Below, in pieces: positions 42,239 through 53,307 of a DNA stretch of 64,000 bases. This stretch comes from Opitutales bacterium (lineage in GTDB: Bacteria; Verrucomicrobiota; Verrucomicrobiia; Opitutales; UBA2987). Position 1 is the first letter of the stretch; each line of letters opens with the position of its first letter. The position numbers and the translations under genes are program-made. Location: positions 288,001 to 352,000 of the forward strand of contig CBDDEL010000015.1 of assembly GCA_965226885.1 (NCBI GenBank), written 5' to 3'. The notes under the pieces were generated by a model, which saw only the letters and a program-made list of their open reading frames with translations, ran no database searches and was not told the origin of the DNA.

Positions 42239-43021
42239 TTATTTAGCCGTGTATCCGGCGTCAACCGGCAAGTTGATACCGGTTATATAGGCGGAGGCAT
42301 CACTGAGTAAAAAGGCGACAGGGCCTCCCAGGTCTTCCGGGTTGGCCATTCTCTCCAACATAGTTTTGTCGCAATAACGTTCAACAAAGTTTGAATCCTG
42401 GTCGGTGTAGCAGCCTCCCGGGGAAAGGCAATTTACCCGAATTCCATCCTTTCCGAGTATCGAGGCAAAGTAACGAGTCAGATTAATCCAACCGCCTTTG
42501 TGGAAAAAATAATCGGGGGGCTGGGTCATGTCTGTCCCCGTGTAGAGAGAAGGTTGTGGTCCAATCATTCCCTGGATGGAGCCTACAATAACGATGCTTC
42601 CCTCTCCATGGGATCGCATACCGTTGGCAATTTTTCGGGTAAGCTCGAAGACCCCGCCCGCATTGATCTGCATGGATTTCATCCAGGCATCCAAAGTATC
42701 ATCCGGGCCATCCATGGTGCGAAGAACCGAGTTGTTTACCAAGCCGTGAATTTGCGGGTGGCTGCGGTCAAGAGCGGCACAAAATTCGTGGATGGAATCG
42801 GGTTGCTCCAGGTCAAGGACGCGGCATTCAGCGAGTCCACCGGATTCCTTGATTTCCGCAGCCAATGTTTCAAGTGAGGGAAGATTCCGGGAAGCGAGCA
42901 CTAGATGGGCGCCGGTTCCAGCCAGCACTTTTGTGATTCCGCGGCCAAATATGCCTGCCGCTCCTGTTACGACGACCACCTTGCCGCTCAAGCTGAATAG
43001 GTTTTGGGATTGAGGTTTCAT
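42239..43021 (-). CDS. SDR oxidoreductase
   Basis: TGAAGIFG, YFFHKGG and NCLSPGG motifs. Confidence 0.9.
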   Translation of the reverse strand: MKPQSQNLFSLSGKVVVVTGAAGIFGRGITKVLAGTGAHLVLASRNLPSLETLAAEIKESGGLAECRVLDLEQPDSIHEFCAALDRSHPQIHGLVNNSVLRTMDGPDDTLDAWMKSMQINAGGVFELTRKIANGMRSHGEGSIVIVGSIQGMIGPQPSLYTGTDMTQPPDYFFHKGGWINLTRYFASILGKDGIRVNCLSPGGCYTDQDSNFVERYCDKTMLERMANPEDLGGPVAFLLSDASAYITGINLPVDAGYTAK

Positions 43022-43032
43022 TGAGATCCAAT

Positions 43033-44031
43033 TTATTTTTGATTAAGATATTGACGTGTGCCGGTTTTCCAGGATTTCAGGGCGGCTTGTGAAAACCGGG
43101 TGGCCCGGATTCCCTCCTCCAGGGTGGCGAGGCAATCCGGTTTCCCCTCGATGGCATCGAGAAATGCGTTTGCCTGGGCCATGTAGGCCATATCCCTATC
43201 AGGTTGAGGGGCGCTATGCCACCTCCAGGAGGATTCGCCCCGGTTCATCAAGCCCCAACGTTCACGATGAACCTCCACCCGGATCGAACCGTCTTTGCCG
43301 TGAATTAAAAAAGTAAATTCAGAGGTGGCCTGAAACTGTGTCACGGCATAGCTGACGAGGACCTTCCCATTGCGAGCGGTTGCGCTTAAAGTGTCTTCGA
43401 CATCAACTTCCGGCAAGTAGAGATGATCGGCATCCACCGACACCGATTGGGCCGGGCCGACAAACCACCCGACCAGGTTGGAGTAGTGGGTCAAAACATC
43501 CTGGATCAGTCCCCCGCCGGTTTCATGCTTCCGGTAATAAGTTTTTTCATAACCGGGCCGATAGAATGAAAAATCCTGTCCTGAAATTAATTGAATGGCC
43601 AGCGCTTCGCCAATACGGCCATCCTGAACCGCCTTTCGGGCCTCGGCAAAGGCGGTATAGCAATGAAGCACATAGCCGATTCTCACTTCAACCGAAGGCC
43701 ATTTCCCGACGGCCTCGATCAATGGTAAAATGTCCAGATAATTCAGGGCAAGCGGTTTTTCAATGAGAACGGGTTTGCAGTGAGAAACCCCTTCGACCGC
43801 CAAGGGAATATGGGATGGCGCCGGGGTGGCTATGACGCATGAGGTAATGCGTGAGTCCCGCAATGCCGCTACTGGATCCTCGACGGTTTCAATGCCATAC
43901 TTGCGGGCTACGGTGTCGAGAATTGCAGGATTGAGGTCGAAGGCGGTCAATTCAGCCCGGCCGGTATTTTTAAAACACCGGACATGCCGTTCGCCAATGC
44001 TTCCGCAGCCAATTACGAGAACAGAATGCAT
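43033..44031 (-). CDS. Gfo/Idh/MocA oxidoreductase
   Basis: GCGSIG, EKP and GGGLIQD..H motifs. Confidence 0.88.
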   Translation of the reverse strand: MHSVLVIGCGSIGERHVRCFKNTGRAELTAFDLNPAILDTVARKYGIETVEDPVAALRDSRITSCVIATPAPSHIPLAVEGVSHCKPVLIEKPLALNYLDILPLIEAVGKWPSVEVRIGYVLHCYTAFAEARKAVQDGRIGEALAIQLISGQDFSFYRPGYEKTYYRKHETGGGLIQDVLTHYSNLVGWFVGPAQSVSVDADHLYLPEVDVEDTLSATARNGKVLVSYAVTQFQATSEFTFLIHGKDGSIRVEVHRERWGLMNRGESSWRWHSAPQPDRDMAYMAQANAFLDAIEGKPDCLATLEEGIRATRFSQAALKSWKTGTRQYLNQK

Positions 44032-44038
44032 CCTTTAA

Positions 44039-45379
44039 TCAGGTTGACCAGATCTCGGCATGGCGCCGAAAGGCCGTCTCGCTTCGGTCGAGCGTTTCCT
44101 GTATGTCGTCCGCCGTGTGGGCTAGACTAAGGAACCACAAGCCCCGTTCAATTGCCCGAACCCCCTCTTCCAACAAACATCTGCGCAAATGCGCCCACCT
44201 GGGGGCATCATGACGCCGGGTATAATCCCGATAATCCCTGATTTGCGTCGTTTCCCGTTGTCCGGAGTTAAAGATGGTGGTGTGGAAAACAAGGCCCGGC
44301 CCCTGCGGAACCAGCGGTATACTCCACTTGTTGGCCAAATCCGCGAGGCCCGCCATAAGACTTTTGCCGAGGTTTTGGATTTCCCCCGGGTGTTTGTGGC
44401 CGAGAGATTCCAGGTATTGCAAGCACCAGTTGGAGGCCGCCAGGCAAAGGGGATTGGAGTTGAGGGTTCCCGCGTGGATGGTGTTTCCCTGGATTATGGG
44501 CTCGAAAACCTTGGTCTTCCCGGCCAGTGCCGCAAAGGGCGTTCCGCCACCAATGGCTTTGCCGAAAACAGTCAAATCCGGGTCGATACCAAGGACGCTC
44601 TGGGCGCCGCCGGCGCCAAATCGAAATCCGGTAATAGTTTCATCGACAATCATGAGAATGCCATGTTTTTGGCATACTTCGGTTATGGCCGGCATCAATC
44701 CATCGACTGGTTCCAGACAGGAGGTGTTGCAAACGACAGGCTCGAAAATGATGGCTGCAATTTGGTCCGCCACTGGTTCGAGGCGGGCACGAAGGTGGTC
44801 GGGATCGTTCCAGCGAGCGACCACAAACCGGTCCAGGACTTCCTGGATGACGCCCCGGCTGGGGTGAAGGTTGCTCGGGGCATCGTCCGGGCCCCACTCG
44901 TCTGGGGATGGAGCAAAACCGACCAGTCCCTCGTCCAGCCAGCCGTGGTAATGCCCTTCGAATTTAAGGATCCTGGGACGCCCCGTGTACGATCGGGCCA
45001 GCCGTAAAGCCGCCGCTACAGCCTCCGTCGCGCAATTGTTGAAGCGGACTTTTTCGACCGAAGGGACCATCCGGCAAAGGCGTTGGGAAACCTCCAATTC
45101 GAGGTCGCACTGGGCCGCCCAATGGGTGCCTTTGGCGGCTTGCCGACATAGAGCCTCTACCATGCCTTTGGGAGCATGACCATAGAGGATGGCGCCTTGA
45201 CCGATCTGATAATCGATGTATTCGTTGCCATCCACGTCCCAGATACGGGGACCTGTTCCGTGTGTGAAATAAAGAGGGACGGGTTTCTCCATCAACCGGA
45301 TGGCGCTGTTGATACCGCCGGCGATGGTCTTTTGGGAAGTAGCAAATCGTTTCCGGGATTTCTCAAAAGTATATGGCAT
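44039..45379 (-). CDS. Class III aminotransferase (glutamate-1-semialdehyde aminomutase-like)
   Basis: DVDGNEYID, FEGHYHG, DETITGFR, FGKAIGGG and HAGTLN motifs. Confidence 0.9.
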   Translation of the reverse strand: MPYTFEKSRKRFATSQKTIAGGINSAIRLMEKPVPLYFTHGTGPRIWDVDGNEYIDYQIGQGAILYGHAPKGMVEALCRQAAKGTHWAAQCDLELEVSQRLCRMVPSVEKVRFNNCATEAVAAALRLARSYTGRPRILKFEGHYHGWLDEGLVGFAPSPDEWGPDDAPSNLHPSRGVIQEVLDRFVVARWNDPDHLRARLEPVADQIAAIIFEPVVCNTSCLEPVDGLMPAITEVCQKHGILMIVDETITGFRFGAGGAQSVLGIDPDLTVFGKAIGGGTPFAALAGKTKVFEPIIQGNTIHAGTLNSNPLCLAASNWCLQYLESLGHKHPGEIQNLGKSLMAGLADLANKWSIPLVPQGPGLVFHTTIFNSGQRETTQIRDYRDYTRRHDAPRWAHLRRCLLEEGVRAIERGLWFLSLAHTADDIQETLDRSETAFRRHAEIWST

Positions 45380-45784
45380 TTGGTTAATGTAATTTTATTC
45401 GGGAAATAATTCCCTTTGATTCGGCTGATTTACTCCTTTTCGGAATGGAAACTATAAATGGCAAATTCGTAAACAGGCCTGTAAAGGTTAAATCTATTTA
45501 CCACTATCTATAGATTGTCCCGAGGCCCTGATTAGGAGAAAATCAAGGTCGGCATTTAATTATTTCGTTAGTTATATGTTGATTCTTTTTACAAAATAAA
45601 CCAAACAAAATATCAAGATATACCGGCTAGTCCGGCTAGTATTTCAATCACGTTTCTTAATAACCAATGTGATCTGATATTGAAGGTATTTTAAAATAAA
45701 ATCTTAAAGTTCAGGAATGGAGTAACCGTTTGAAGCAGTTGGATATTATTCCCATAATACTTCATATCTTTTTCTCTAAACGCA

Positions 45785-46621
45785 ATGCGAAAATCAAAAG
45801 TTCTCTCTAAACTAAGGGCTGGCAAGGTTGCCCGTATCTGCTGTCTTTATCACCCTGCCAACATGTTCCCCACCCATGCGGTTAATGCTGCTTACGATGG
45901 TGTTTGGCTGGATGTTGAGCATAATACATGGGATTTGAGGGAATTGCAGCGCTTGCTGGCTCTACATAAAATGGCGGATATCGACTGCATTGTTCGCCCA
46001 TCCACATTGGGAAAAATAAAACTTTACAACCTATTTGAAAATGGCGCCACGGGGGTTTTGGTGCCTCATGTTTCCACCGTTGAACGGGCTCGATTTCTGG
46101 TTGAATCCTTAAAGTTTCCCCCCTTGGGCGAGCGTGGATTGGATGGTGCCGGAATTGATAATAATTTTTTTATCTCCGGAACCAATGGTTATCCTGAAGC
46201 CGCCAATAAAGAGACCCTCATCGGGATTCAGATCGAAACGGTGGAAGCCCTGGAAAATGTTGAAGCCATCGCCCAAGTGGAAGGTATCGATGTGTTGTTT
46301 ATCGGCCCCGGAGATCTGGCATTGCGGCTCGGTTGCGAGATGAACTGGCAAGAACCGAAAATGATTGCCGCCCAGGACCGGATCGCCAAAGCCGCCGCCG
46401 CTGCTGGCATAAACTGGGGCAGGCCCTCCGGAACATCCGAAGATATTGCCAACCTGGTCCGAATGGGTGCCCGTTTTATTGCTCACGGGAGCGATTTTGA
46501 GGCCGTCCTCTGGTCCATGAGAAATCGTTATAAGGTTACTTTCGATAAGGCTTTAGGGGAGATGAAAAATGAGGATCCTGCCCATCCGGGAATCTCGGGA
46601 AAAGCCAAGGTTGCGCAATAA
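45785..46621 (+). CDS. HpcH/HpaI aldolase family protein
   Basis: LDVEH, FPPLGERG, QIET and FIGPGDL motifs. Confidence 0.9.
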   Translation: MRKSKVLSKLRAGKVARICCLYHPANMFPTHAVNAAYDGVWLDVEHNTWDLRELQRLLALHKMADIDCIVRPSTLGKIKLYNLFENGATGVLVPHVSTVERARFLVESLKFPPLGERGLDGAGIDNNFFISGTNGYPEAANKETLIGIQIETVEALENVEAIAQVEGIDVLFIGPGDLALRLGCEMNWQEPKMIAAQDRIAKAAAAAGINWGRPSGTSEDIANLVRMGARFIAHGSDFEAVLWSMRNRYKVTFDKALGEMKNEDPAHPGISGKAKVAQ

Positions 46622-46635
46622 CCGGCATTTTAACC

Positions 46636-47403
46636 ATGACCGAGGCCCGAGAGCAGGAGGTTAAACCCCGCAGAATCGCAGTTACGGGTGGCATAACCAA
46701 CATTGGTTGCGCGATTGTGGAGTGTTTCCTGGCCGAGGGCACTTCGGTTGCGGTGGGGCAACACCGCTCCCCGGCCGCTTCACTCATTGAGAAACATGGT
46801 GACCGCCTGAAATCAGTTCACCTCGACCAGGGCAGCCCGGAATCCTGCCAGGAGTTTATCGCCGAAGCTGCCAGACTACTCGGGGGGTTGGACGTCCTGG
46901 TCAACAATGCCGCCGTCACCGGTCCGGGATCATCCCGAGCCTTCATGGACCTGGATACTCAATTTGTGAACCAGGTGATGGATATCAACCTCAAAGGAGT
47001 GATCTTCTGTTCCCTGGCGGCGGCTCGGATTATGCGGGAGCAGGGTTCCGGTGTCATTATTAACATTTCCTCCGTCAATGCCTTCAGGCCGCAATCCAAT
47101 GCCTCCGTATATGCCGCCACTAAGGCTGGACTCAACAACCTTACCCAATCAATGGCCAAGGAGTTGGGGACCTTCGGGATTAGGGTCGTCGCCGTTGCCC
47201 CGGGGGATATCTGGACGGATACTTACGAGCAAGTGATTGCCGAGCAGCGGGCAAGGGGGGCCGACAAAGAAGTAGTCGGACAGGCCGTTCTGGGCCAGGG
47301 ACAACCCGGAGATATAGCGGAAACGGTTTGTTTTCTGGCCTCGGAAAAAGCCAAATACATCACCGGTGTTACCTGGATTGTCGATGGGGGTTTTCTGGCC
47401 TGA
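46636..47403 (+). CDS. SDR oxidoreductase
   Basis: TGGITNIG, NNAA and YAATK motifs. Confidence 0.9.
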   Translation: MTEAREQEVKPRRIAVTGGITNIGCAIVECFLAEGTSVAVGQHRSPAASLIEKHGDRLKSVHLDQGSPESCQEFIAEAARLLGGLDVLVNNAAVTGPGSSRAFMDLDTQFVNQVMDINLKGVIFCSLAAARIMREQGSGVIINISSVNAFRPQSNASVYAATKAGLNNLTQSMAKELGTFGIRVVAVAPGDIWTDTYEQVIAEQRARGADKEVVGQAVLGQGQPGDIAETVCFLASEKAKYITGVTWIVDGGFLA

Positions 47404-48544
47404 TCAGGATTCGTCGAAGCGGGATATCTGAAATTCCCTTTTCAGGGGTTCTTCATCGAGGACCACGCGGGCATTCCAATCGCCCAATGCGGGCCCCATT
47501 TTGAAGCCATGCCCGGACCCGCCTCCGGCCAGGAAGAACCGGTCTGATTCTGGATGAAAATCGAGAATGAGGTTGCGAACCGGAGTGTTTTCATACTGGC
47601 AGACACCGCTTTCCAGCAGCGGTGCGGAATCGAGGTCCGGAAATCGATGGCCGAGACGGTCTCTCGCCCGGTCAAGGGCCTCCCTGGTTGGCGAGCGGTC
47701 CAGGAAAGTGGGATCCACCTCCGGTCCCAACGAGTTGCAGCTTATTTTCATGCCTCGATATTCATTCCCCGGAATTCCATAAAAGCCCCCGCCGGCTTCA
47801 TCAATCCAGGCCGGCATATCCGTTTCTTCAAATCGTGTGTCATTGCCGGGGCATCCGAAATAGAAGACTTCCTGGCGGGTGGGAACAATCCGGTCTTTCA
47901 GCACCTCGGGAAATAATCCGGGTAACCAGGGACCGGCCGTAAAGACGTAGCGGTCCGCTTCGTAGGATCGACCGCTCTCGGCGACCACTCCCTCCAGGCG
48001 GCCGTTTTTATCCCTGGCGGGACGAATGGATTCCCTGACCATAGTTCCCCCATTCTGTAGAAAAGCCCTTGTCACCAACCGGCAAGAGCGTCGAGCCAGA
48101 AGAAAGCCGGACATAAGTTCATAGTAGGCAATTCGCACATCTCCCCATTCGAATTGCGGAAAACGTTTGGAGCCTTCCTCCGGTGTCACTTTTTCGATTG
48201 GAACGCCTGATTGTAGCAGGGTGGTCAAAGATTTCGTGACAAAGGAGTCGTCTTCCCCGAATAGCCAAAGGACGCCACATCGATTGAGGAGCGGCTGGTG
48301 AAATTCTTCCCCCAGCCGCTCCCATTGCGAAAAACTTTCCTCAGTCCATTGCGTGTAGGTGGCCTGCCCGCCATAAGCGCTCCGCATGATACGTGTTTCA
48401 CCTCCGGAACTGGAACGTGAATTACCCTGGCCCCCAAGGGTCCGCCAAAACCACTCTGGCTTCTTTGCGCGCCAGATGGGGAGCGGTCCAGCAACCCATA
48501 ACCCCGCATCCGGCAACAAGAATGGATGGTCTGCTTTTAGCCAT
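47404..48544 (-). pseudogene. FAD-dependent oxidase (sarcosine oxidase/SolA-like) with +1 frameshift
   Basis: ATG 48544 frame carries GCGVMG and stops near 48425; the other frame carries SSGGETR and GGSGHGFK. Confidence 0.8.
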
Positions 48545-48552
48545 CTTTTAAA

Positions 48553-49527
48553 TCAGACTTCGACCGGGACGACGGTGGCTAGCGCGTGACCTTGAGTAAC
48601 CGAACGCTTTCTGCTCAAGAGCACCAAGGTGCCACCCTCTTCGGCATGAACAGGGACCCTTGCATCTCCTGAAATCGAATGAACGGTTCCTAACCTATCC
48701 CCTTTCTCAATCACATCGCCCACGGATACTTCGTGAATGAAAATCCCATTTTGAGGACTGGGATAATTGGTTTGCAAGTGGGCCTCCTCGGCATCGTCTG
48801 AAATGTACTTCGCAGGACTATTCAAGGACGGGCACGGCTCCGGTATAAAATCAAAAGTCCTCAGGAAATTATTGACGCCGTTATGATGTGCGCGAAGGTC
48901 TTCGCTGTGCACTCCTCCGCACCCCCTGGATTCGGTATAAATAGCCGGTATGCTCAGGTCGAAGGCGGCGCTCAACGTACGACCTTCAATATAGGGACTC
49001 CCCCAGCACCAATAACTGTCGAAACAGGCCGCCATGCGGGCTTGCGTCTCTTCCACGGCACGATCTTCCGTGCGCATGTAACCCACCCAGGGTTGAAGTT
49101 CATAAACCACGCCTCCACTATGGAAATCGAGGTAGTAATCCGCATATTTCAAAACACCATTCAAGAATAGGTCGGCCAGCTTTTCGCAGGGCGATCCCGT
49201 CGGGTTTCCGGGGAATGTGCGGGCCAGGTTGACACCGTCTTCCGGATGGCAGCGCGTGCCGGCAAAAAAAGCCGGCTCATTGAGCACCGGAATGGCAACG
49301 ACGGTTCCGCGGAGGTTGTCCGGCCGCCAGGTGGTCGCCAGATTTGCCAACGCGGTCGGCCCCTCGTATTCGTCCCCATGAGTGCCCCCGTTCAACAAAG
49401 CCGCCTGACCCGGTTCCCCCTTCCAGATAAAAGCCTCGAAACCGCCATTTTGAGGTCCGATCCGGAGTTGATGAAAGCCTTTTGAAAGGTTTTCCCAGGG
49501 TGCTTTATTTTGCATTTTTTCGATCAT
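48553..49527 (-). CDS. Succinylglutamate desuccinylase/aspartoacylase family protein
   Basis: GTHGDEYEG, NLARTFPG and DFHSGG motifs. Confidence 0.9.
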   Translation of the reverse strand: MIEKMQNKAPWENLSKGFHQLRIGPQNGGFEAFIWKGEPGQAALLNGGTHGDEYEGPTALANLATTWRPDNLRGTVVAIPVLNEPAFFAGTRCHPEDGVNLARTFPGNPTGSPCEKLADLFLNGVLKYADYYLDFHSGGVVYELQPWVGYMRTEDRAVEETQARMAACFDSYWCWGSPYIEGRTLSAAFDLSIPAIYTESRGCGGVHSEDLRAHHNGVNNFLRTFDFIPEPCPSLNSPAKYISDDAEEAHLQTNYPSPQNGIFIHEVSVGDVIEKGDRLGTVHSISGDARVPVHAEEGGTLVLLSRKRSVTQGHALATVVPVEV

Positions 49528-49719
49528 AAGCTAACTTTCAAACTCCCACCACCAGACAGGGAGATTCAGAGAGTGAAACTTGGGGTGTTCATAAGTATCT
49601 TGAACTGGAGGGAAATAAATGGCTTTCCCAAGAAGTGCGGTCAATTGTCCAGAACTGGACAGATTTTCTTTCCACCCTAGTGGTATTGTCGAGTTCGAAT
49701 CCATATTCCATCTTCCGGC

Positions 49720-50787
49720 ATGACGCCCATCAAAACTGCTCTTGTCGGTGCTTCTCACCCGCACTCTTCCGCTTATTTAGGAACGCTTCAAGTCAGTTCT
49801 CTAGTGTCCAGCATCGTTGTTTGCGAGGAAGATTCCGTTGCTTTGGAAAAATTGTTGAGAAATGGCACAGAAAAAATTGCAGGGACATGCAACAGCTTTT
49901 CCTCTCTTTTGCAAAGTGGAGATATTTCTTTCGGAATAGCCGCTTTGCCCACAGACTTAAACGCTTTGCTTTGTGAGCGGTTTTTGAAGGCTGGAGTTCA
50001 TGTTTTCAGTGAAAAACCGGTTGCCAAAACGGCCCATCAAATTGAAAAATTAATATCTATTGCCGGGCGGAATGATCGCCAACTTGGGGTAGCTTATTGC
50101 ACTCGTATTCACCCAGCTGCGTTAAAAGCCCGCTGCATGATCCAGGAAAATGTGATTGGCAGGGTTACCAGCATCGAAGCCAGATTTATCACTTCCCAGG
50201 TGCGGCACCGCGATCCAAAACACTGGTTGTTCAGCCGCCAAAGAAGTGGCGGGGGAATTCTCTCATGGCTGGGCTGCCATTATTTGGACCTTATGCGTTT
50301 TGTATTGGAAGACGAAGTGATTAACGTGTCGATGCTGGCTGACACTTTCTATGGTGAGGATATCGATGTGGAGGACGTCGCTTCCTTAACTCTCCAATTC
50401 GGCAAAGGCGCTATCGGCAGCCTGCAATTGGGTTACCAACTCGCCGTCAGCCAAAGTGGATATATCAATGGCAGTTATGACGGCTATTTCTGCATCCGCG
50501 GGGAAGATGGACAGATCAACTGCGACCTATATTCCAACCCACCGGTTATTCAGGCCGAAAGTATTACCAGCGACTGGGGAGAAAGCCACCGGCGGCATTT
50601 TGAATTCGACCTGCAGGAAACGGAAGGTTATGGTGGATCGATTGGTTTATCCACCATAGAACAGTTTATCCGGTCCCTCGACGGGAATGGCGAACCGGTC
50701 GCCACCGGACAGGATGCGCTCAAGGTGGCGCGGATCATCGAGGCGGCCTACGAATCGAACAGGATCAGTTGTAGAGTGTCGTTGTAG
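49720..50787 (+). CDS. Gfo/Idh/MocA oxidoreductase
   Basis: HVFSEKP and SGGGILSWLGCHYLD motifs. Confidence 0.85.
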   Translation: MTPIKTALVGASHPHSSAYLGTLQVSSLVSSIVVCEEDSVALEKLLRNGTEKIAGTCNSFSSLLQSGDISFGIAALPTDLNALLCERFLKAGVHVFSEKPVAKTAHQIEKLISIAGRNDRQLGVAYCTRIHPAALKARCMIQENVIGRVTSIEARFITSQVRHRDPKHWLFSRQRSGGGILSWLGCHYLDLMRFVLEDEVINVSMLADTFYGEDIDVEDVASLTLQFGKGAIGSLQLGYQLAVSQSGYINGSYDGYFCIRGEDGQINCDLYSNPPVIQAESITSDWGESHRRHFEFDLQETEGYGGSIGLSTIEQFIRSLDGNGEPVATGQDALKVARIIEAAYESNRISCRVSL

Positions 50788-51010
50788 ATGATTTATTTCA
50801 GCTTGGAGAGGCACATTTGAAAGTGATTCTCGAACATTCGTTCTTTGCGAATTTAAATCTCAACAAAAGAAAACCACCAGGCCGACGATAGAAATACTCG
50901 GAACCGGTTGGGGTCGTTCAGCGCTATTCAACTTTTCCCCAGGCCGGGCTAAAGCCCGGAATAACTCCGTTATTCGCCGTTGATGATGTGTTGACAGGTT
51001 TTCATGATCT

Positions 51011-52069
51011 TTACTCCTTTCCCGCCAATTCTATGGCATCGGCCACAAACTGGTTGACATCGTCTTCCGTTGTGTCCCAGCCGCACATGAGCCGGGTAGC
51101 GCCGACGTCAGGGAAATCATAGAATCGCCAACCTTTGCCTCTGAGGGCCGTATCGAGGCCTTCGGGAAATTGGACAAACACGCAGCTGGCTTCCGTAGGA
51201 AAAAGAATGGTCAGATCGGCCACGGCGCGCAATCCCCCCTCCAGTTGCCGGGCCCGTGCGTTGGCCTGACGAGCGTTATTTAGCCACACATCGTTCTCCA
51301 GGAGCCCGATCCACGGGGCGGAAATCAATCGCATTTTCGACGCGAGTTGACCGGCCTGTTTGCAGCGGTAATCAAACTCGGCGGCAGCTTCAATATCGAA
51401 AAAGACTACCGCTTCTCCGACCGCGAGACCGTTTTTCGTCCCTCCTAAGCATAAGACGTCGATTCCGACCTCCCAGGTGATTTCCCTTGGGTGACATTCC
51501 AGAGCTGCCACCGCATTGGCAAACCGCGCACCGTCCATATGCACTTTGAGATTCATTTCCCTGGCCACCTGGCAGAGTGCTTCCACTTCATTGGGTTGGT
51601 AGATGGTGCCGACTTCCGTTGACTGGGTGAGGCTGAGGGCACTTGCCTTGGGGAAATGAAGTTGGCGGTGATGAGAAGTCGACCCAGCCACTATGTCACA
51701 CTCCAGCTTGCCGTTTCGCCCTTCCAAGCCAATGACTTTGCTTCCCCCGGTAAAGAACTCCGGGGCACCGCATTCGTCCGTTGCCACATGCGCCCATTGG
51801 TGGCAGATCAACGCGTTGTAACTGTTGCAGAAAGTGGACACGCAAAGGGCATTCGAAGCGGTCCCGTTAAAGGTGAAAAAAACCTCACAGTCCGTTTCGA
51901 AAATGTCACGAATCAGATCGGATGCTTTCGCCGTGTAGAAATCGTTCCCGTATGAAACAGCGTGGTCTCTGTTTGCTTTTTCAAGCGCTTCCCACGCTTC
52001 CGGGCAGATACCGGCGAAGTTGTCGCTTCCAAAATGGCGTGGTTTCCCAATGCTTTGATTTGAATTCAT
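51011..52069 (-). CDS. Low-specificity L-threonine aldolase family protein
   Basis: GSDNFAG, DECGAPE, HMDGARFANA and GGTKNG motifs. Confidence 0.9.
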   Translation of the reverse strand: MNSNQSIGKPRHFGSDNFAGICPEAWEALEKANRDHAVSYGNDFYTAKASDLIRDIFETDCEVFFTFNGTASNALCVSTFCNSYNALICHQWAHVATDECGAPEFFTGGSKVIGLEGRNGKLECDIVAGSTSHHRQLHFPKASALSLTQSTEVGTIYQPNEVEALCQVAREMNLKVHMDGARFANAVAALECHPREITWEVGIDVLCLGGTKNGLAVGEAVVFFDIEAAAEFDYRCKQAGQLASKMRLISAPWIGLLENDVWLNNARQANARARQLEGGLRAVADLTILFPTEASCVFVQFPEGLDTALRGKGWRFYDFPDVGATRLMCGWDTTEDDVNQFVADAIELAGKE

Positions 52070-52183
52070 GGCAGAGTTTCAGCCTTAAAATAATTGATTG
52101 CCTCAATTTGAAGCAATCCCTGATTTTGAAATCGGAAAAGATCTATAAATTGACAGTTCAGGCATTGGCGGTAGACTTCTGCC

Positions 52184-53299
52184 ATGAATATAAGATTATT
52201 TCTAACGATCTCGGCCATCTTCGCCCTGTTTATTCTCAATCCGTTAGTTGCCGGTACGGCCGAAGAGGAATCAGGTGAGGAAAGAAACGTCGGCATCGGT
52301 CTATTTTCATGGAAGGCGCTACCGGATTTTCCGGATGGGATTGGCGTTGCTTTACCCTATACCGGGGTGAGTAACGGCGCCCTCATCATCGCCGGAGGAA
52401 CTCATTTCGTGGGAGAAGGAGAAGACAGGAAAAAGGTCTGGACGGATAGTATTTACGTATTTGAAAAAGGCAATTCGGCCTGGAAGGGTAAATTTACTCT
52501 TAAAAAACCACTATCCTATGGGGCATCCGTCAATATTGACCAGGGAATGCTCTGTCTGGGAGGCAGCGATCCGGTTAAATGCCATGCCGAAGTTTTCATG
52601 CTCGAGTGGATTGACGGAAAAATAAAACAAACGCCCTGCCCGGACCTTCCGGAACCGTGTATGTACATTGCAGCCGCTCTTGTCGGAAACGTTGTCTATG
52701 TCGCCGGGGGCCAACAAATGGTCGACACCGATAAACCGACCAAAACTTTGAGGAAATTCTGGGCCCTTGATCTTTCCAACGATACTCCGGCATGGGAAGA
52801 ACTCGAACCCTGGTCGGGACCCGGACGGATTTTACCTGTGGCCGCTTCACAGGGCGGATCCTTCTATCTCTTCAGCGGGACCGATCTGTTAGAGGCGGAG
52901 GATGGTTCTCCCGGACGCAAGTATTTGAAAGATGCCTACCGTTATAGCCCCGAGGACAGAACCTGGACCCGGTTGACCGATAGCCCCCGCACTTTATTCG
53001 CGGCGGCCTCACCGGCTTTCGATCTTGAGGAATCTCAGATCGCAATTTGTGGTGGCTATGAAGGCGCCGACACTGGCAGCAGTGAAGAAGAAAAAGCCAT
53101 GCGAGTCGGTCTATTCCGCGATATTTTTATCTATAATACCAAAACCGACACATGGTCGACAAAAGGTGAAATTCCTTCGAATCAAATCGTCACGAATGCC
53201 ACCAGATGGGGCCACAGTTATGTAATCCCAAGCGGTGAAGTCGGCGGCGGAGGCATTGGCAATCTCAATGTGTATGTGGCGCTCCACATTGAGTCGTAG
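52184..53299 (+). CDS. Secreted Kelch-repeat protein (NanM-like)
   Basis: Signal peptide and repeated GG...Y...W Kelch pattern. Confidence 0.8.
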   Translation: MNIRLFLTISAIFALFILNPLVAGTAEEESGEERNVGIGLFSWKALPDFPDGIGVALPYTGVSNGALIIAGGTHFVGEGEDRKKVWTDSIYVFEKGNSAWKGKFTLKKPLSYGASVNIDQGMLCLGGSDPVKCHAEVFMLEWIDGKIKQTPCPDLPEPCMYIAAALVGNVVYVAGGQQMVDTDKPTKTLRKFWALDLSNDTPAWEELEPWSGPGRILPVAASQGGSFYLFSGTDLLEAEDGSPGRKYLKDAYRYSPEDRTWTRLTDSPRTLFAAASPAFDLEESQIAICGGYEGADTGSSEEEKAMRVGLFRDIFIYNTKTDTWSTKGEIPSNQIVTNATRWGHSYVIPSGEVGGGGIGNLNVYVALHIES

Positions 53300-53307
53300 G
53301 TGATCTT

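Noticed and set aside
44039..45379. hemL assignment
   Set aside because: Family motifs fit, but the context is catabolic and non-HemL paralogs are common; left unnamed
49531..49764. 77-aa ORF upstream of the deacylase
   Set aside because: Could be a gene remnant, but it has no recognisable motif and overlaps the divergent gene start
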